NCBI GenBank assembly: GCA_051313645.2
Contig: JBNRSN020000194.1
Coordinates: 248,001-312,000 of the forward strand
Direction of reading: 5' to 3'
From: Centroscyllium fabricii
Lineage: Eukaryota
DNA: 64,000 nucleotides
In this document: one piece after another, positions 1-15,000 of the stretch
Numbering within the stretch: the stretch's first letter is position 1
How the letters are laid out: each line of letters opens with the position of its first letter
The notes under the pieces: generated by a model
What the model was told of the DNA's origin: nothing
The model's database searches: none
The model's input: only the letters and a program-made list of their open reading frames with translations
Translations under genes and position numbers: made by a program

Positions 1-3000
1 GAGAGCACCCGCCCCTGACTAAGAATAATGAGAGCACCCGCCCCTGACTGAGAATACACAGAGCACTCGCCCCTTACTGAGAATAGTGAGAGCACCCGCC
101 CCTGACTGAGAATACACGGAGTACCCGGCCCTGACTGAGAATAGGCGGAGTACCCACCACTGACTGAGAATACTCAGAGCACTCGCCCCTGACTGAATAT
201 ACTCAGAGTACCCGCACCTGACTGAGAATACTCGGTGTACCTGCCCCTGACTGAGAATACTCGGAGCACCCGCCCCTGACTGAGAATACTTGGAGCACCC
301 GCACCTGACTGAGAATACTCAGAGCACTCGCCCCTGACTGAGAATACTGAGAGCACCCGCGCCTGACTGAGAATACTCAGAGCACTTGCCCCTGACTGAG
401 AATACTCGGAGCACCCACCGCTGACTGAAAATACTCGGAGTACCCGCACCTGACTGAGAATACTCGGTGTACCTGCCACTGACTGAGAATACTCGGAGCA
501 CTCGCCACTGACTGAGAATACTGAGAGCACCCGCGCCTGACTGAGATTACTCAGAGCACTCGCCTCTGACTGAGAATACTCGGAGCACTCGCCACTGACT
601 GAGGATACTCGGAGTACCCGCCCCTGACTCAGAATATTGAGAGCACCCGCCCCTGACTCAAAATACTGTGTGCACCCGCCCCTGACTGAGAATACTCAAA
701 GCAATCGCTCCTGACTGAGAATACTCGGAGCACCCACAGCTGACTGAGAATACTCGGAGCACCCACCCCTGAATGAGCATACTCATAGCACCCGCCCCTG
801 ATTGAGAATATTCAGAGCACTCGCCCCAAATGAGAATACTCGGAGCACCCACCCCTGACTGAGAATACTCGGAGCACCCGCCACTAACTGAGAAAACTCG
901 GAGCACCCGCCCCTGACTGAGAATTCACGGAGCACCCGCCCCTGACTGAGAATACGTGGAGCACACAGCCCTGACTGAGAATACTCGGAGCACTCACCCC
1001 TGACAGTGAATACTGGGAGCACACACCCCTTACTGAGAATACTCGGATCACACATCCATGACTGAGAATACTGAGAGCACACGCCCCTGACTGAGAATAC
1101 TGTGAGCACCCACCCCTGACTGAGAATACACGGAGAACCCGCCCCTGACTTGAATACTCGGAGCTCTCGCCCCTCACTCAGAATACTGAGAGCAACCGCC
1201 CCTGACTTAGAATATTCGGAGCACACGCCCCTGACTGAGAATTCTCGGAGCACCCGCCCCTGACTTGAATACTCGGAGCTCCCGCACCTCACTCAGAATA
1301 CTGAGAGCACTCGCCCCTGACTGAGATTACTCGGAGCACCCGCCCCTGACTGAGAATACTTGGAGCACCCGCCCCTGACTGAGAATTCACGGAGCACCCG
1401 CCCCTGACTGAGAATACGTGGAGCACACAGCCCTGACTGAGAATACTCGGAGCACTCGGCCCTGACTGAGAATACTGGGAGAACACACCCCTTACTGAGA
1501 ATACTCGGATCACACATCCTTGACTGAGAATAATCGGAGCACCCGCACCTGACTGAGAATACTGAGGGCATCGCCCCGACTTAGAATACTTGGAGCACCC
1601 ACCCCTGACTGAGAATACTCGGAGCACCTGTCCCTGACTTAGAATACTCGGAGCACCCGCCCCTGACTGAGAATACTCAGAGCACACGCCCCTGACTGAG
1701 AATACTCAGAGCACCCGCCCCTGACTGAGAATACTCGGAGCACCCGCCCCTGACTGAGAATAATCGGAGCACCCGCCCTTGACTGAGAATAATCGGAGCA
1801 TCCGCCCCTGACTGATAGTACTCGGAGCACCCGCGCCTGACTGAGAATACCTGGGGCACCCGGCGTGACTGAGAATATTCGGAGCACCCACCCCTGACTG
1901 AGAATACTCGGAGCTCCCGCCCCTGACTGAGTATACTCGGAGCACCCGCCCCTGACTGAGAATACTCGGAGCACACACCCCTGACTGAGAATACTTGGAG
2001 AACCCGCACCTGATTGAGAATACTCAGAGCACTCTCCCCTGACTGAGAATACTTGGAGCACTCGCCCCTGATTGAGGATACTCGGAGTACCCGCCCCTGA
2101 CTCAGAATACTGAGAGCACCCACCCCTGACTCAGAATAATGAGAGCACCCGACCCTGAATGAGAATACTCAGAGCACTCGCCCCTGACTGAGAATACTCG
2201 GAGCACCCACCGCTGACTGAGAATACTCGGAGCACCCACCCCTGAATGAGAATACTCATAGCACCCACCCCTGATTGAGAATAGTCAGAGCACTCGCCCC
2301 GACTGAGAATACTCGGAGCACCCACCCCTGACTGAGAATACTCGGAGCACCCGCCACTGACTGAGAATTCTCGGAGCACCCGCTCTGACTGAGAATTCAC
2401 GGAGCACCCGCCCCTGACTGAGAATACGTGGAGCACACAGCCCTGACTGAGAATACTCGGAGCACTCGCCCCTGACTGAGAATACTGGGAGCACACACAC
2501 CTTACTGAGAATACTCGGATCACACATTCGTGACTGAGAATAATCGGAGCACCCGCACCTGACTGAGAATATTGAGGGCATCGCCACTGACTTAGAATAC
2601 TTGGAGCACCCACACCTGACTGAGAATATTCGGAGCACCTGTCCCTGACTTAGAATACTCGGAGCACCCGCCCCTGACTGAGAATACTCAGAGCACCCAC
2701 CCCTGACTGAGAACACTCAGAGCACCAGCCCCTTACTGAGTATACTGAGAGCACCCGCCCCTGACTGAGAATACTCGGAGCATCCGCCCCTGACTGATTG
2801 TACTCGGAGCACCCGCGCCTGACTGAGAATACCTGGGGCACCCGGCGTGACTGAGAATACTCGGAGCTCCCACCCCTGACTGAGTGTACTCGGAGCACCC
2901 ACCCCTGACTGAGAATACTCGGAGCTCCCGCCCCTGACTGAGTATACTCGGAGCACCCGCCCCTGACTGAGAATACTCGGAGCACACACCCCTGACTGAG

Positions 3001-6000
3001 AATACTTGGAGCACCCGCCCCTGACTGAGAATATTCGGTGCACTCGCCCATGACTGAGAATACTGAGAGCACCCGCCCCTGACTGAGGATACTCAGAGCA
3101 CCCACCCCTGACTGAGAATACTGAGAGTACCTGCCCTGACTGAGAATCCTCAGAGCACCCGCCCATGACTGAGAATACTTGGAGCACCCGCACCTGACTG
3201 AGGATACTCAGAGCACCCGCCCCTGACTGATAATATTCGGTGCACTCGTCTCTGACTGAGAATACTTGGAGCACTCACCCCTGACTGAGGATACTCGGAG
3301 TACCCGCCCCTGACTCAGAATACTGAGAGCACCCGCCCCTCACTCAGAATAATGAGAGAACCCGCCCCTGACTGAGAATACTCAGAGCACTCGCCCCTGA
3401 CTGAGAATACTCGGAGCACCCACCGCTGACTGAGAATACTCGGAGCACTCACCCCTGAATGAGAACACTCATACCACCCACCCCTGATTGAGAATACTTG
3501 GAGCACACACCCCTGACTGAGAATACTCGGAGCACTCGCCCCTCACTGAGAATACTGGGAGCAGACACACCTTACTGAGAATACTCGGATCACACATCCA
3601 TGACTGAGAATACTCGGAGAACCCGCCCCTGAATGAGAATAATGAGAGCATCGCCCCTGACTGAGAATACTTGGAGCACCCACCTCTGACAGAGAATACT
3701 CGGAGCACCTGCCCCTGACTTAGCATACTCGGAGCACCCGCACCTGACTGAGAATACTCAGAGCACCCGCCCCTGACTGAGAATACTCAGAGCACCCGCA
3801 CCTGACTGAGTATACTGAGAGCACCCGCCCCTACTGAGAATACTCGGAGCACCCGCCCCTGACTGAGAATACTCGGAGCACCAAACACTGACTTAGAATA
3901 ATCGGAGCACCTGCCCCTGACTGAGAATACTCAGAACACCCGCCCGGTACTGAGAATACTCGGAGCTCCCGCCTCTGACTGATACTACTCGGAGCACCCG
4001 CGCCTGACTGAGAATACCTGGGGCACCCGGCGTAACTGAGAATACTCGGAGCTCCCAACATTGACTGAGTATACTCGGAGCACCCACCCTGACTGAGAAT
4101 ACTCGGAGCTCCCGCCCCTGACTGATGATACTCAGAGCACCCACCCCTGACTGAGAATACTGAGAGCAACCGCACCTGACTGAGAATACTGAGAGCACCC
4201 GCCCCTGACTGAGAATACTGAGAGCACCCGATCCTGACTGAGAATACTGTGAGCACCCGCCCCTGACTGAGAATACTCGGAGCACCCGCCCCTGACTTGA
4301 ATACTCGGAGCTCCCGCCCCTCACTCAGAATACTGAGAGCACCCGCCCCTGACTGAGAATACTCGGAGCACCCGCCCCTTACTGAGAATACTGAGAGCAC
4401 CCGCCCCTGTCTAAGAATACTGAGAGAACCCGACCCTGACTGAGAATACTCGGAGCACCCGCCCCTGACTGAGAATACTCGGAGTACATGCTCCTGACTG
4501 AGAAAACTCGGATTACCCACCACTGACTGAGAATATTCAGAGCACTCGCCCGTGACTGAAAATACTCGGAGTACCCGCCCCTGACTGAGAATACTTGGAG
4601 CACCCGCACCTGACTGAGAATACTAAGAGCACTCGCACCTGACTGAGAATACTGAGAGCAACCGCCCCTGACTGAGAATACTCGGAGCACCCGCCCCTGA
4701 CTTGAATACTCAGAGCTCCCGCACCTCACTCAGAATACTGAGAGCACCCGCCCCTGACTGAGAATACTCGGAGCACCCGCCCCTCACTGAGAATACTGAG
4801 AGCACCCGCCCCTGACTAAGAATACTGAGAGCACCCGCCCCTTACTGAGAATACTCGGAGCACCCGCCCCTGACTGAGAATACTCGGAGTACACGCCCCT
4901 GACTGAGAATACTAAGTGTACCCACCCCTGACTGAGAATACTTAGAGCACTCACCCATGACTGAAAATACTCGGAGTACCCGTGCCTAACTGAGAATACT
5001 CGGAGTACCTGCCCCTGACTGAGAATACTCGGAGTACCCGCCCCTGACTGAGAATACTTGGAGAACCCGCACCTGACTGAGAATACTGAGAGCACTCGCC
5101 CCTGACTGAGAATACTGAGAGCACCCGCCCCTGACTGAAAATACTCAGAGCACTCGGCTCTGACTGAGAATACGCGGAGCACTCGCCCCTGACTGAGAAT
5201 ACTCAGAGCACCTGCCCCTGACTGAGAATATCCGAGCACCCGCCCCTGACTGAGAATATTCCGAGCACCCAACCCTGACTTAGAATAATCGGAGCACCAG
5301 CCCCTGACTGAGAATATCGAAGCACCCGCCCCTGACTGAGAATACTCGGAGCACCCAGCATTGATTTAGAATAGTCGGAGCACCCGCCCCTGACTGATAC
5401 TACTCGGAGCACCCGCGCCTGATGAGAATGCCTGGGGCACCCGGCGTGACTTAGAATACTCGGAGCTCCCGCCACTGACTGAGTATACTCGGAGCACCCG
5501 CCCCTGACTGAGAATACTCGGAGCACACACCCCTGACTGAGAATACTTGGAGCACTCGCCCCTGGCTGAGATTATTCGGAGCACCGACCCCTGACTGAGA
5601 TTACTGAGAGCACCCGCACCTGAATGAGAATACTGAGAGCACCCGCCCCTGACTGAGAATACTCGGAGTAACTGCCCCTGACTGAGAATACTCGGAGCCC
5701 CAGCCCCTGACTGAGACTACTTGGAGCACCCGCACCTGACTGAGAATACTCAGAGCACTCGCCACTGACTGAGAATACTGAGAGCACCCGCCCCTGACTG
5801 GGAATACTCAGAGCACTCGCCTCTGACTGAGAATACTCGGATCACTCGCCCCTGACTGAGGATACTCAGAGTACCCGCCCCTGACTGAGAATACTGAGAA
5901 CACCCGCCCCTGACTCAGAATACTGAGAGCACCTGCCCCTGACTGAGAATACTCAGAGCACTCGCCCCTGACTGAGAATACTCGGAGCACCCACCGCTGA

Positions 6001-9000
6001 CTGAGAATACTCGGAGCACCCACCCCTGAATGAGAATACTCATAGCACCCGCCCCTGATTGAGAATAGTCAGAGCACTCGCCCCGACTGAGAATACTCGG
6101 AGCACCCACCACTGACTGAGAATATTCGGAGCACCCGCCACTGACTGAGAATTCAAGGAGCACCCGCCACTGACTTGAGAATTCACAGAGCACCCACCCC
6201 TGACTGAGAATACGTGGAGCACACAGCCCTGACTGAGAATTATCGGAGCACTCGCCCCTGCCTGAGAATACTGGGAGCACACACCCCTTACTGAGAATAC
6301 TCGGATCACACATCCATGACTGAGAATAATCGGAGCACCCGCCCCTGACTGAGAATACTCAGAGCATCGCCCCTGAGTGAGAATATTTGGAGCACCCACC
6401 CCTGACTGAGAATACTCGGAACACCTGCCCCTGACTTAGAATAATCGGAGCACCCGTCCCTGACTGAGAATACTCAGAGCACTAGCCCCTGGATGAGAAT
6501 ACTCAGAGCACCCGCCACGACTGAGTATACTGAGAGCACCCGCCCCTGACTGAGAATACTCGGAACACCCGCCCCTGACTGAGAATAATCGGAGCACCCG
6601 CCCCTGACTGAGAATACTCGGAGCATCCGCCCCTGACTGATAATACTCGGAGCACCCGCGCCTGAATGAGAATACCTGGGGCACCCGGCGTGACTGAGAA
6701 TATACGGAGCTCCCACCCCTGACCGAGTATACTCGGAGCACACGCCCCTGACTTTGAATACTCGGAGCTCCCGCCCCTGACTGAGTATACTCGGAGCACC
6801 CGCCCCTGACTGAGAATACTCGGAGCACACACCCCTGACTGAGAATACTTGGAGCACCCGCACCTGACTGAGAATATTCGGAGCACTCGGCCCTGCCTGA
6901 GAATACTGAGAGCACTCGCCCCTGACTGAGGATACTCAGAGCACCCACCCCTGACTGAGAATACTGAGAGCACCCACCCCTGACTGAGAATACTGAGAGC
7001 ACCCGCCCCTGACTGAGAATACTGAGAGCACCCGCCCCTGAATGAGAATACTGAGAGTACCTGCCTTGTTGAGAATACACGGAGCACCTGCCCCTGAGTG
7101 AGAATACTTGGAGCACCCGCACCTGATTGAGAATACTCAGAGCACTCGCCCCTGACTGAGAATACTGAAAGCACCCGCCCCTGACTGAGAATACTCAGAG
7201 CACTCGCCTCTGACTGAGAATAATCGGAGCACTCGCCCCTGACTGAGGATACTCGGAGTACCCGCCCCTGACTCAGAATACTGAGAGCACCCGCCCCTGA
7301 CTCAGAATAATGAGAGCACCCGCCCCTGACTGAGAATACTCAGAGCACTCGCCCCTGACTTAGAATACTCGGAGCACCCACCGCTGACTGAGAATATTCG
7401 GAGCACTCACCCCTGAATTGGAATACTGGGAGCACACACCCCTTACTGAGAATACTCGGATCACATATCCATGACTGAGAATACTCGGAACACCCGCCCC
7501 TGACAGAGAATACTCAGAGCACCCGCTCCTGACTGAGAATACTCAGAGCACCCGCACCTGACTGAGTATACTGAGAGCACCCTCCCCTGACTGAGAATAC
7601 TCGGAGCACCCGCACCTGACTGAGAATACTTGGAGCACCCACCTCTGACTGAGAATAATCGAAACACCTGCCCCTGACTGAGAATACTCGGAACACCCGT
7701 CCGGTACTGAGAATACTCGGAGTTCCCGCCTCTGACTGATACTACTCGGAGCACCCGCGCCTGACTGAGAATACCTGGGGCACCCGGCGTAACTGAGAAT
7801 ACTCGGAGCTCCCAACCCTGACTGAGGATACTCAGAGCACCCACCACTGACTGAGAATACTGAGAGCACCCGCACCTGACTGAGAATACTGAGAGCACCC
7901 GCCCCTGACTGAGAATACTGAAAGCACCCGCCTCTGACTGAGAATACTGAGAGCACCCGACCCTGACTGAGAATACTGTGAGCACCCGCCCCTGACTGAT
8001 ACAACTCGGAGCACCCGCGCCTGATGAGAATGCGTGGGGCACCCGGCGTGACTTAGAATACTCGGAGCTCCCACCCCTGACTGAGTATTCTCGGAGCACC
8101 CACCCCTGACTGAGAATACTCGGAGCTCCCTCCCCTGACTGAGTATACTCGGAGCACTCGCCCCTGACTGAGAATACTCGGAGCACACACCCCTGACTGA
8201 GAATACTTGGAGCACTCGCCCCTGACTGAGATTATTCGGAGCACCCACCCCTGACTGAGAATACTGAGAGCACCCGCCCTTGACTGAGAATAAAGAGAGC
8301 ACCCGCCCCTGACTGAGAATACTCGGAGTACCTGCCCCTGACTGAGAATACTCGGAGCCCCAGCCCCTGACTGAGAATACTTGGAGCACCCGCACCTGAC
8401 TGAGAATACTCAGAGCACTCGCCACTGACTGAGAATACTGAGAGCACCCGCCCCAGACTGGGAATACTCAGAGCACTCGCCTCTGACTGAGAATACTCGG
8501 ATCACTCGCCCCTGACTGAGGATACTCGGAGTACACGCCCCTGACTGAGAATACTGAGAGCACCCGCCCCTGACTCAGAATACTGAGAGCACCCGCCCCT
8601 GACTGAGAATACTCAGAGCACTCGCCCCTGACTGAGAAAACTCGGAGCACCCACCGCTGACTGAGAATACTCGGAGCACCCACCCCTGAATGAGAATACT
8701 CATAGCACCCGCCCCTGATTGAGAATAGTCAGAGCACTCGCCCCGACTGAGAATACTCGGAGCACCCACCACTGACTGATAATATTCGGAGCACCCGCCA
8801 CTGACTGAGAATTCAAGGAGCACCCGCCACAGACTGAGAATTCACAGAGCACCCACCCCTGACTGAGAATACGTGGAGCACACAGCCATGACTGAGAATT
8901 TTCGGAGCACTCGCCCCAGACTGAGAATACTGGGAGCACACACCCCTTACTGAGAATACTCGGATCACACATCCATGACTGAGAATAATCGGAGCACCCG

Positions 9001-12000
9001 CCCCTGACTGAGAATACTGAGAGCATCGCCCCTGAGTGAGAATACTTGGAGCACCCACCCCTGACTGAGAATTCTCGGAGCACCTGCCCATGACTTAGAA
9101 TAATCGGAGCACCCGTCCCTGACTGAGAATATTCAGAGCACTAGCCCCTGGATGAGAATACTCAGAGCACCCGCCCCGACTGAGTATACTGAGAGCACCC
9201 GCCCCTGACTGAGAATACTCGGAGCACCCGCCCCTGACTGAGAATAATCGGAGCACGCGCCCCTGACTGAGAATAATCAGAGCATCCGCCCCTGACTGAT
9301 ACTACTCGGAGCACCCGCGCCTGAATGAGAATACCTGGGGCACCCGGCGTGACTGAGAATACACGGAGCTCCCACCCCTGACCGAGTATACTCGGAGCAC
9401 CCTCCCCTGACTGAGAATACTTGGAGCTCCCGCCCCTGACTGAGTATACTCGGAGCACCCGCCCCTGACTGAGAATACTCGGAGCACACACCCCTGACTG
9501 AGAATACTTGGAGCACCCGCCCCTGACTGAGAATATTCGGAGCACTCGGCCCTGCCTGAGAATACTGAGAGCACTCGCCCCTGACTGAGGATACTCAGAG
9601 CACCCACCACTGACTGAAAATACTGAGAGCACCCGCACCTGACTGAGAATACTGAGAGCACCCGCCCCTGACTGAGAATACTGAGAGCACCCTCCCCTGA
9701 CTGAGAATATTGAGAGTACCTGCCTTGACTGAGAATACACGGAGCACAAGCCCCTGAGTGAGAATACTTGGAGCACCCGCACATGATTGAGAATACTCAG
9801 AGCACTCGCCCCTGACTGAGAATACTGAAAGCACCCGCCCCTGACTGAGAATACTCAGAGCACTCGCCTCTGACTGAGAATACTCGGAGCACTCGCCCCT
9901 GACTGAGGATACTCGGAGTACCCGCCCCTGACTCAGAATACTGAGAGCACCCCCCCCGACCCAGAATAATGAGAGCACCGGCCCCTGACTGAGAATACTC
10001 AGAGCACTCGCCCCTGACTTAGAATACTCGGAGCACCCACCGCTGACTGAGAATACTCGGAGCAATCACCCCTGAATGAGAATACTGGGAGCACACACCC
10101 CTTACTGAGAATACTCGGATCACATAGCCATGACTGAGAATACTCGGAGAACCCGCCCCTGACTGAGAATACTGAGAGCATCGCCCCTGACTGAGAATAC
10201 TTGGAGCACCCTCCCCTGACTGAGAATACTCGGAGCACCTGCCCCTGACTTAGCATACTCGGAGCACCCGCCCCTGACTGAGAATACTCAGAGCACCTGC
10301 CCCTGACTGAGAATACTCAGAGCACCCGCACCTGACTGAGTATACTGAGAGCACCCGCCCCTGACTGAGAATACTCGGAGCACCCGCACCTGACTGAGAA
10401 TACTCGGAGCACCCACCCCTGACGGAGAATAATCGAAACACCTGCCCCTGACTGAGAATACTCGGAACACCCGCCCGGTACTGAGAATAATCGGAGTTCC
10501 TTCCTCTGACTGATACTACTCGGAGCACCCGCGCCTGACTGAGAATACCTGGGGCACCCGGCGTAACTGAGAATACTCGGAGCTCCCACCCCTGACTGAG
10601 GATACTCAGAGCACCCACCCCTGACTGAGAATACTGAGAGCACCCGCACCTGACTGAGAATACTGAGAGCACCCGCCCCTGACTGAGAATACTGAGAGCA
10701 CCCGCCCCTGACTGAGAATACTGAGAGCACCCGCCCCTGACTGAGAATACTGTGAGCACCCGCACCTGACTGAGAATACTCGGAGTACACACCCCTGACT
10801 GAGAATACTCGGAGTACCCACCACTGACTGAGAATACTCAGAGCACTCTCCCCTGACTGAAAATACTCGGAATACTCGCACCTGACTGAGAATACTCGGA
10901 GTACCTGCCCCTGACTGAGAATACTCGGAGCACACGCCCCTGACTGAGAATACTGAGAGCACCCGCCACTGACTGAGAATACTCAGAGCACTCGCCTCTG
11001 ACTGAGAATAAACGGAGCACTCGCCTCTGACTGAGAATACTCAGAGCACCCGCCCCTGACTGAGAATATCGGAGCACCCGCCCCTGACTGAGAATACTCG
11101 GAGCACCCACCCCTGATTTAGAATAGTCGGAGCACCCGCACCTGACTGATACTACTCGGAGCACCCGCGCCTGATGAGAAAACCTGGGGCACCCAGCGTG
11201 ACTGAGAATACTCGGAGCTCCCACCCCTGACTGAGTATACTCGGAGCACCCACCCCTGACTGAGAATACTCAGAGCTCCCGCCCCTGACTGAGTATACTC
11301 GGAGCACCCGCCCCTGATGGAGAATACTCGGAGCATCCGCCCCTGACTGATACTACTCGGAGCACCCGCGCCTGACTGAGAATACCTGGGGCACCCGGCG
11401 TGACTGAGAATACACGGAGCTCCCACCCCTGACTGAGTATACACGGAGCACCCGCCCCTGACTGAAAATACTCGGAGCTCCCGTCTCTGACTGAGTATAC
11501 TCGGAGCAAACACCCCTGACTGAGAATACTCGGAGAACACACACCTGACTGAGAATACTTGGAGCACCTGCCCATGACTGAGAATATTCGGAGCACTCAC
11601 CCCTGATTGAGAATACTGAGAGCACCCGCCCCTGACTGAGGATACTCAGAGCACCCACCCCTGACTGAGAATACTGAGAGCACCCGCCCCTGACTGAGAA
11701 TACTCAGAGTACCTGCCCTGACTGAGAATACTCGGAGCACCCGTCTCTGACTGAGAATACTTGGAACACACGCACCTGACTGAGAATACTCAGAGCACTC
11801 GCCCCTGACAGAGAATACTGAAAGCACCCGCCCCTGACTGAGAATACTCAGATCACTCGCCTCTGACTGAGAATACTCGGAGCACTCACCCCTGACTGAG
11901 GATACTCGGAGTACCCGCCCCTGACTCAGAATACTGAGAGCACCCGTCCCTGACTCAGAATAATGAGAGCACCCGCCCCTGACTCAAAATACTCAGAGCA

Positions 12001-15000
12001 ATCGCCCCTGACTGAGAATACTCGGAGCACCCACCGCTGACTGAGAATACTCGGAGCACCCACCCCTGAATGAGAATACTCATAGCACCCGCCCCTGATT
12101 GAGAATACTTGGAGCACACATCCCTGACTGAGAATACTAGGAGCACTCACCCCTCACTGAGAATACTGGGAGCACACACCCCTTACTGAGAATACTCGGA
12201 TCACACATCCATAACTGAGAATACTCGGAGCACCCGCCGCTGACTGAGAATACTGAGAGCATCGCCCCTGACTGAGAATACTTGGAGCACCCACACCGGA
12301 GCACCTGCCCCTGACTTAGCATACTCGGAGCATCCGCCCCTGACTGAGAATAATCAGAGCACCCGCCCCTAACTGAGAATACTCAGAGCACCCGCACCTG
12401 ACTGAGTATACTGAGAGCACCCGCCCCTGGCTGAGAATACTCGGAGCACCCGCCCCTGACTGAGAATAATCGGAGCATCCACCCCTGTCTTAGAATAATC
12501 GGAGCATCTGCCACTGACTGAGAATACTCGAAGTTCCCGCCTCTGACTGATACTACTCGGAGCACCCGCGCCTGACTGAGAATACCTGGGGCACCCGGCG
12601 TAACTGAGAATACTCGGAGCTCCCACCCCTGACTGAGAATACTTGGAGCACCCGCCCATGACTGAGAATATTCGGAGCACTCGCCCCTGACTGAGAATAC
12701 TTGGAGGACCCGCACCTGACTGAGAATACTCAGAGCACTCGCCCCTGACTGAGAATACTGAGAGCACCCGCCCCTGACTGAGAATACTCGGAGCACCCTC
12801 CCCTGACTGAGAATAATCGGAGCACCCACCCCTGACTTAGATTAATCGGAGCATCTGCCACTGACTGAGAATACTCGGAACACCCGCCCCTGACTGAGAA
12901 TACTCGAAGCTCCCGCCTCTGACTGATACTACTCGGAGCACCCGCGCCTGACTGAGAATACCTGGGGTACCCGGCGTAACTGAGAATACTTGGAGCTCCC
13001 ACACCTGACTGAGTATACTCGGAGCACCCGCCACTGACTGAGAATACTCGGAGCTCCCGCCCCTGACTGAGGGTACTCAGAGCACCCACCCATGACTGAG
13101 AATACTGAGAGCAGCCGCACCTGACTGAGAATACTCGGAGCACCCACCCCTGACTGAGAATAATCGAAACACCTGACCCTGACTGAGAATACTCGGAACA
13201 CTCGCCCGGTACTGAGAATACTCGGAGTTCCCGCCACTGACTGTTACTACTCGGAGCACCCGCGCCTGACTGAGAATACCTGGGGCACCCGGCGTAACTG
13301 AGAATACTCGGAGCTCCCACCCCTGACTGAGGATACTCAGAGCACCCACCCCTGACTGAGAATACTGAGAGCACCCGCACCTGACTGAGAATACTGAGAG
13401 CACCCGCCCCTGACTGAGAATACTGAGAGCACCCGCCCCTGACTGAGAATACTGAGAGCACACGCCCCTGACTGAGAATAATCGGAGTACACGCCCCTGA
13501 CTGAGAATACTCGGGGTACCCACCACTGACTGAGAATACTCAGAGCACTCTGCCCTGACTGAAAATACTCGGAATACCCGCACCTGACTGAGAATACTCG
13601 GAGTACCTGCCCCTGACTGAGAATACTCGGAGCACTCGCCCCTGACTGAGAATACTGAGAGCACCCGCCCCCAACTGAGAATACTCACAGCACTCGCCTC
13701 TGACTGAGAATAAACGGAGCACTCGCCTCTGACTGAGAATACTCAGAGCACCCGCCCCTGACTGAGAATATCCGAGCACCCACCCCTGACGGAGAATACT
13801 CGGAGCACACACCCCTGACTTAGAATAATCGGAGCACCCGACCCTGACTGAGAATATCGGGGCACCCGCCCCTGACTGAGAATACTCGGAGCACCCACCC
13901 CTGATTTAGAATAGTCGGAGCACCCGCACCTGACTGATACTACTCGGAGCACCCGCGCCTGATGAGAGTACCTGGGGAAACCCAGCGTGACTGAGAATAC
14001 TCGGAGCTCCCACCCCTGACTGAGTATACTCGGAGCACCCACCCCTGACTGAGAATACTCAGAGCTCCCGCCCCTGACTGAGTATACTCGGAGCACACGC
14101 CCCTGACAGAGAATACTCGGAGCACACACCCCTGACTGAGAATACTTGGAGCACCCACCCCTGACTGAGAATATTCGGAGCACCCACACCTGACTGAGAT
14201 TACTGAAAGCACCCACCCCTGACTGAGAATACTCGGAGCACCCGCCACTGACTGAGAATTCTCGGAGCACCCGCCCCTGACTGAGAATTTACGGAGCACC
14301 CGCCCCTGACTGAGAAAACGTGGAGCACACAGCCCTGACTGAGAATACTCGGAGCACTCGCCCGTGACTGAGAATACTGGGAGCACACACCCCTTACTGA
14401 GAATACTCGGATGACACATCCATGACTGAGAATAATCGGAGCACCCGCACCTGACTGAGAATACTGAGAGCATCGCCCCTGACTGAGAATACTTGGAGCA
14501 CCCACCCCTGACTGAGAATACTCGGAGCACCTGCCCCTGATTTAGAATACTCGGAGCACCCGCCCCTGACTGAGAATACTCAGAGCACCCGCCACTGACT
14601 GAGAATACTCAGAGCACCCGCCACTGACTGAGTATACTGAGAGCACCCGCCCCTGACTGAGAATATTCGGAGCACACGCCCCTGACTGAGAATAATCGGA
14701 GCACCTGCCCCTGACTGAGAATACTCGGAGCATCCGCCCCTGACTGATACTACTCGGAGAACCCGCGCCTGACTGAGAATACCTGGGGCACCCGGCGTGA
14801 CTGAGAATACACGGAGCTCCCACCCCTGACTGAGTATACACGGAGCACCCGCCCCTGACTGAGAATACTCGGAGCTCCCGTCCCTGACTGAGTATACTCG
14901 GAGCAAACACCCCTGACTGAGAATACTCGGAGCACACAAACCTGACTGAGAATACTTGGAGCACCCGCCCATGACTGAGAATATTCGGAGCACTCGCCCC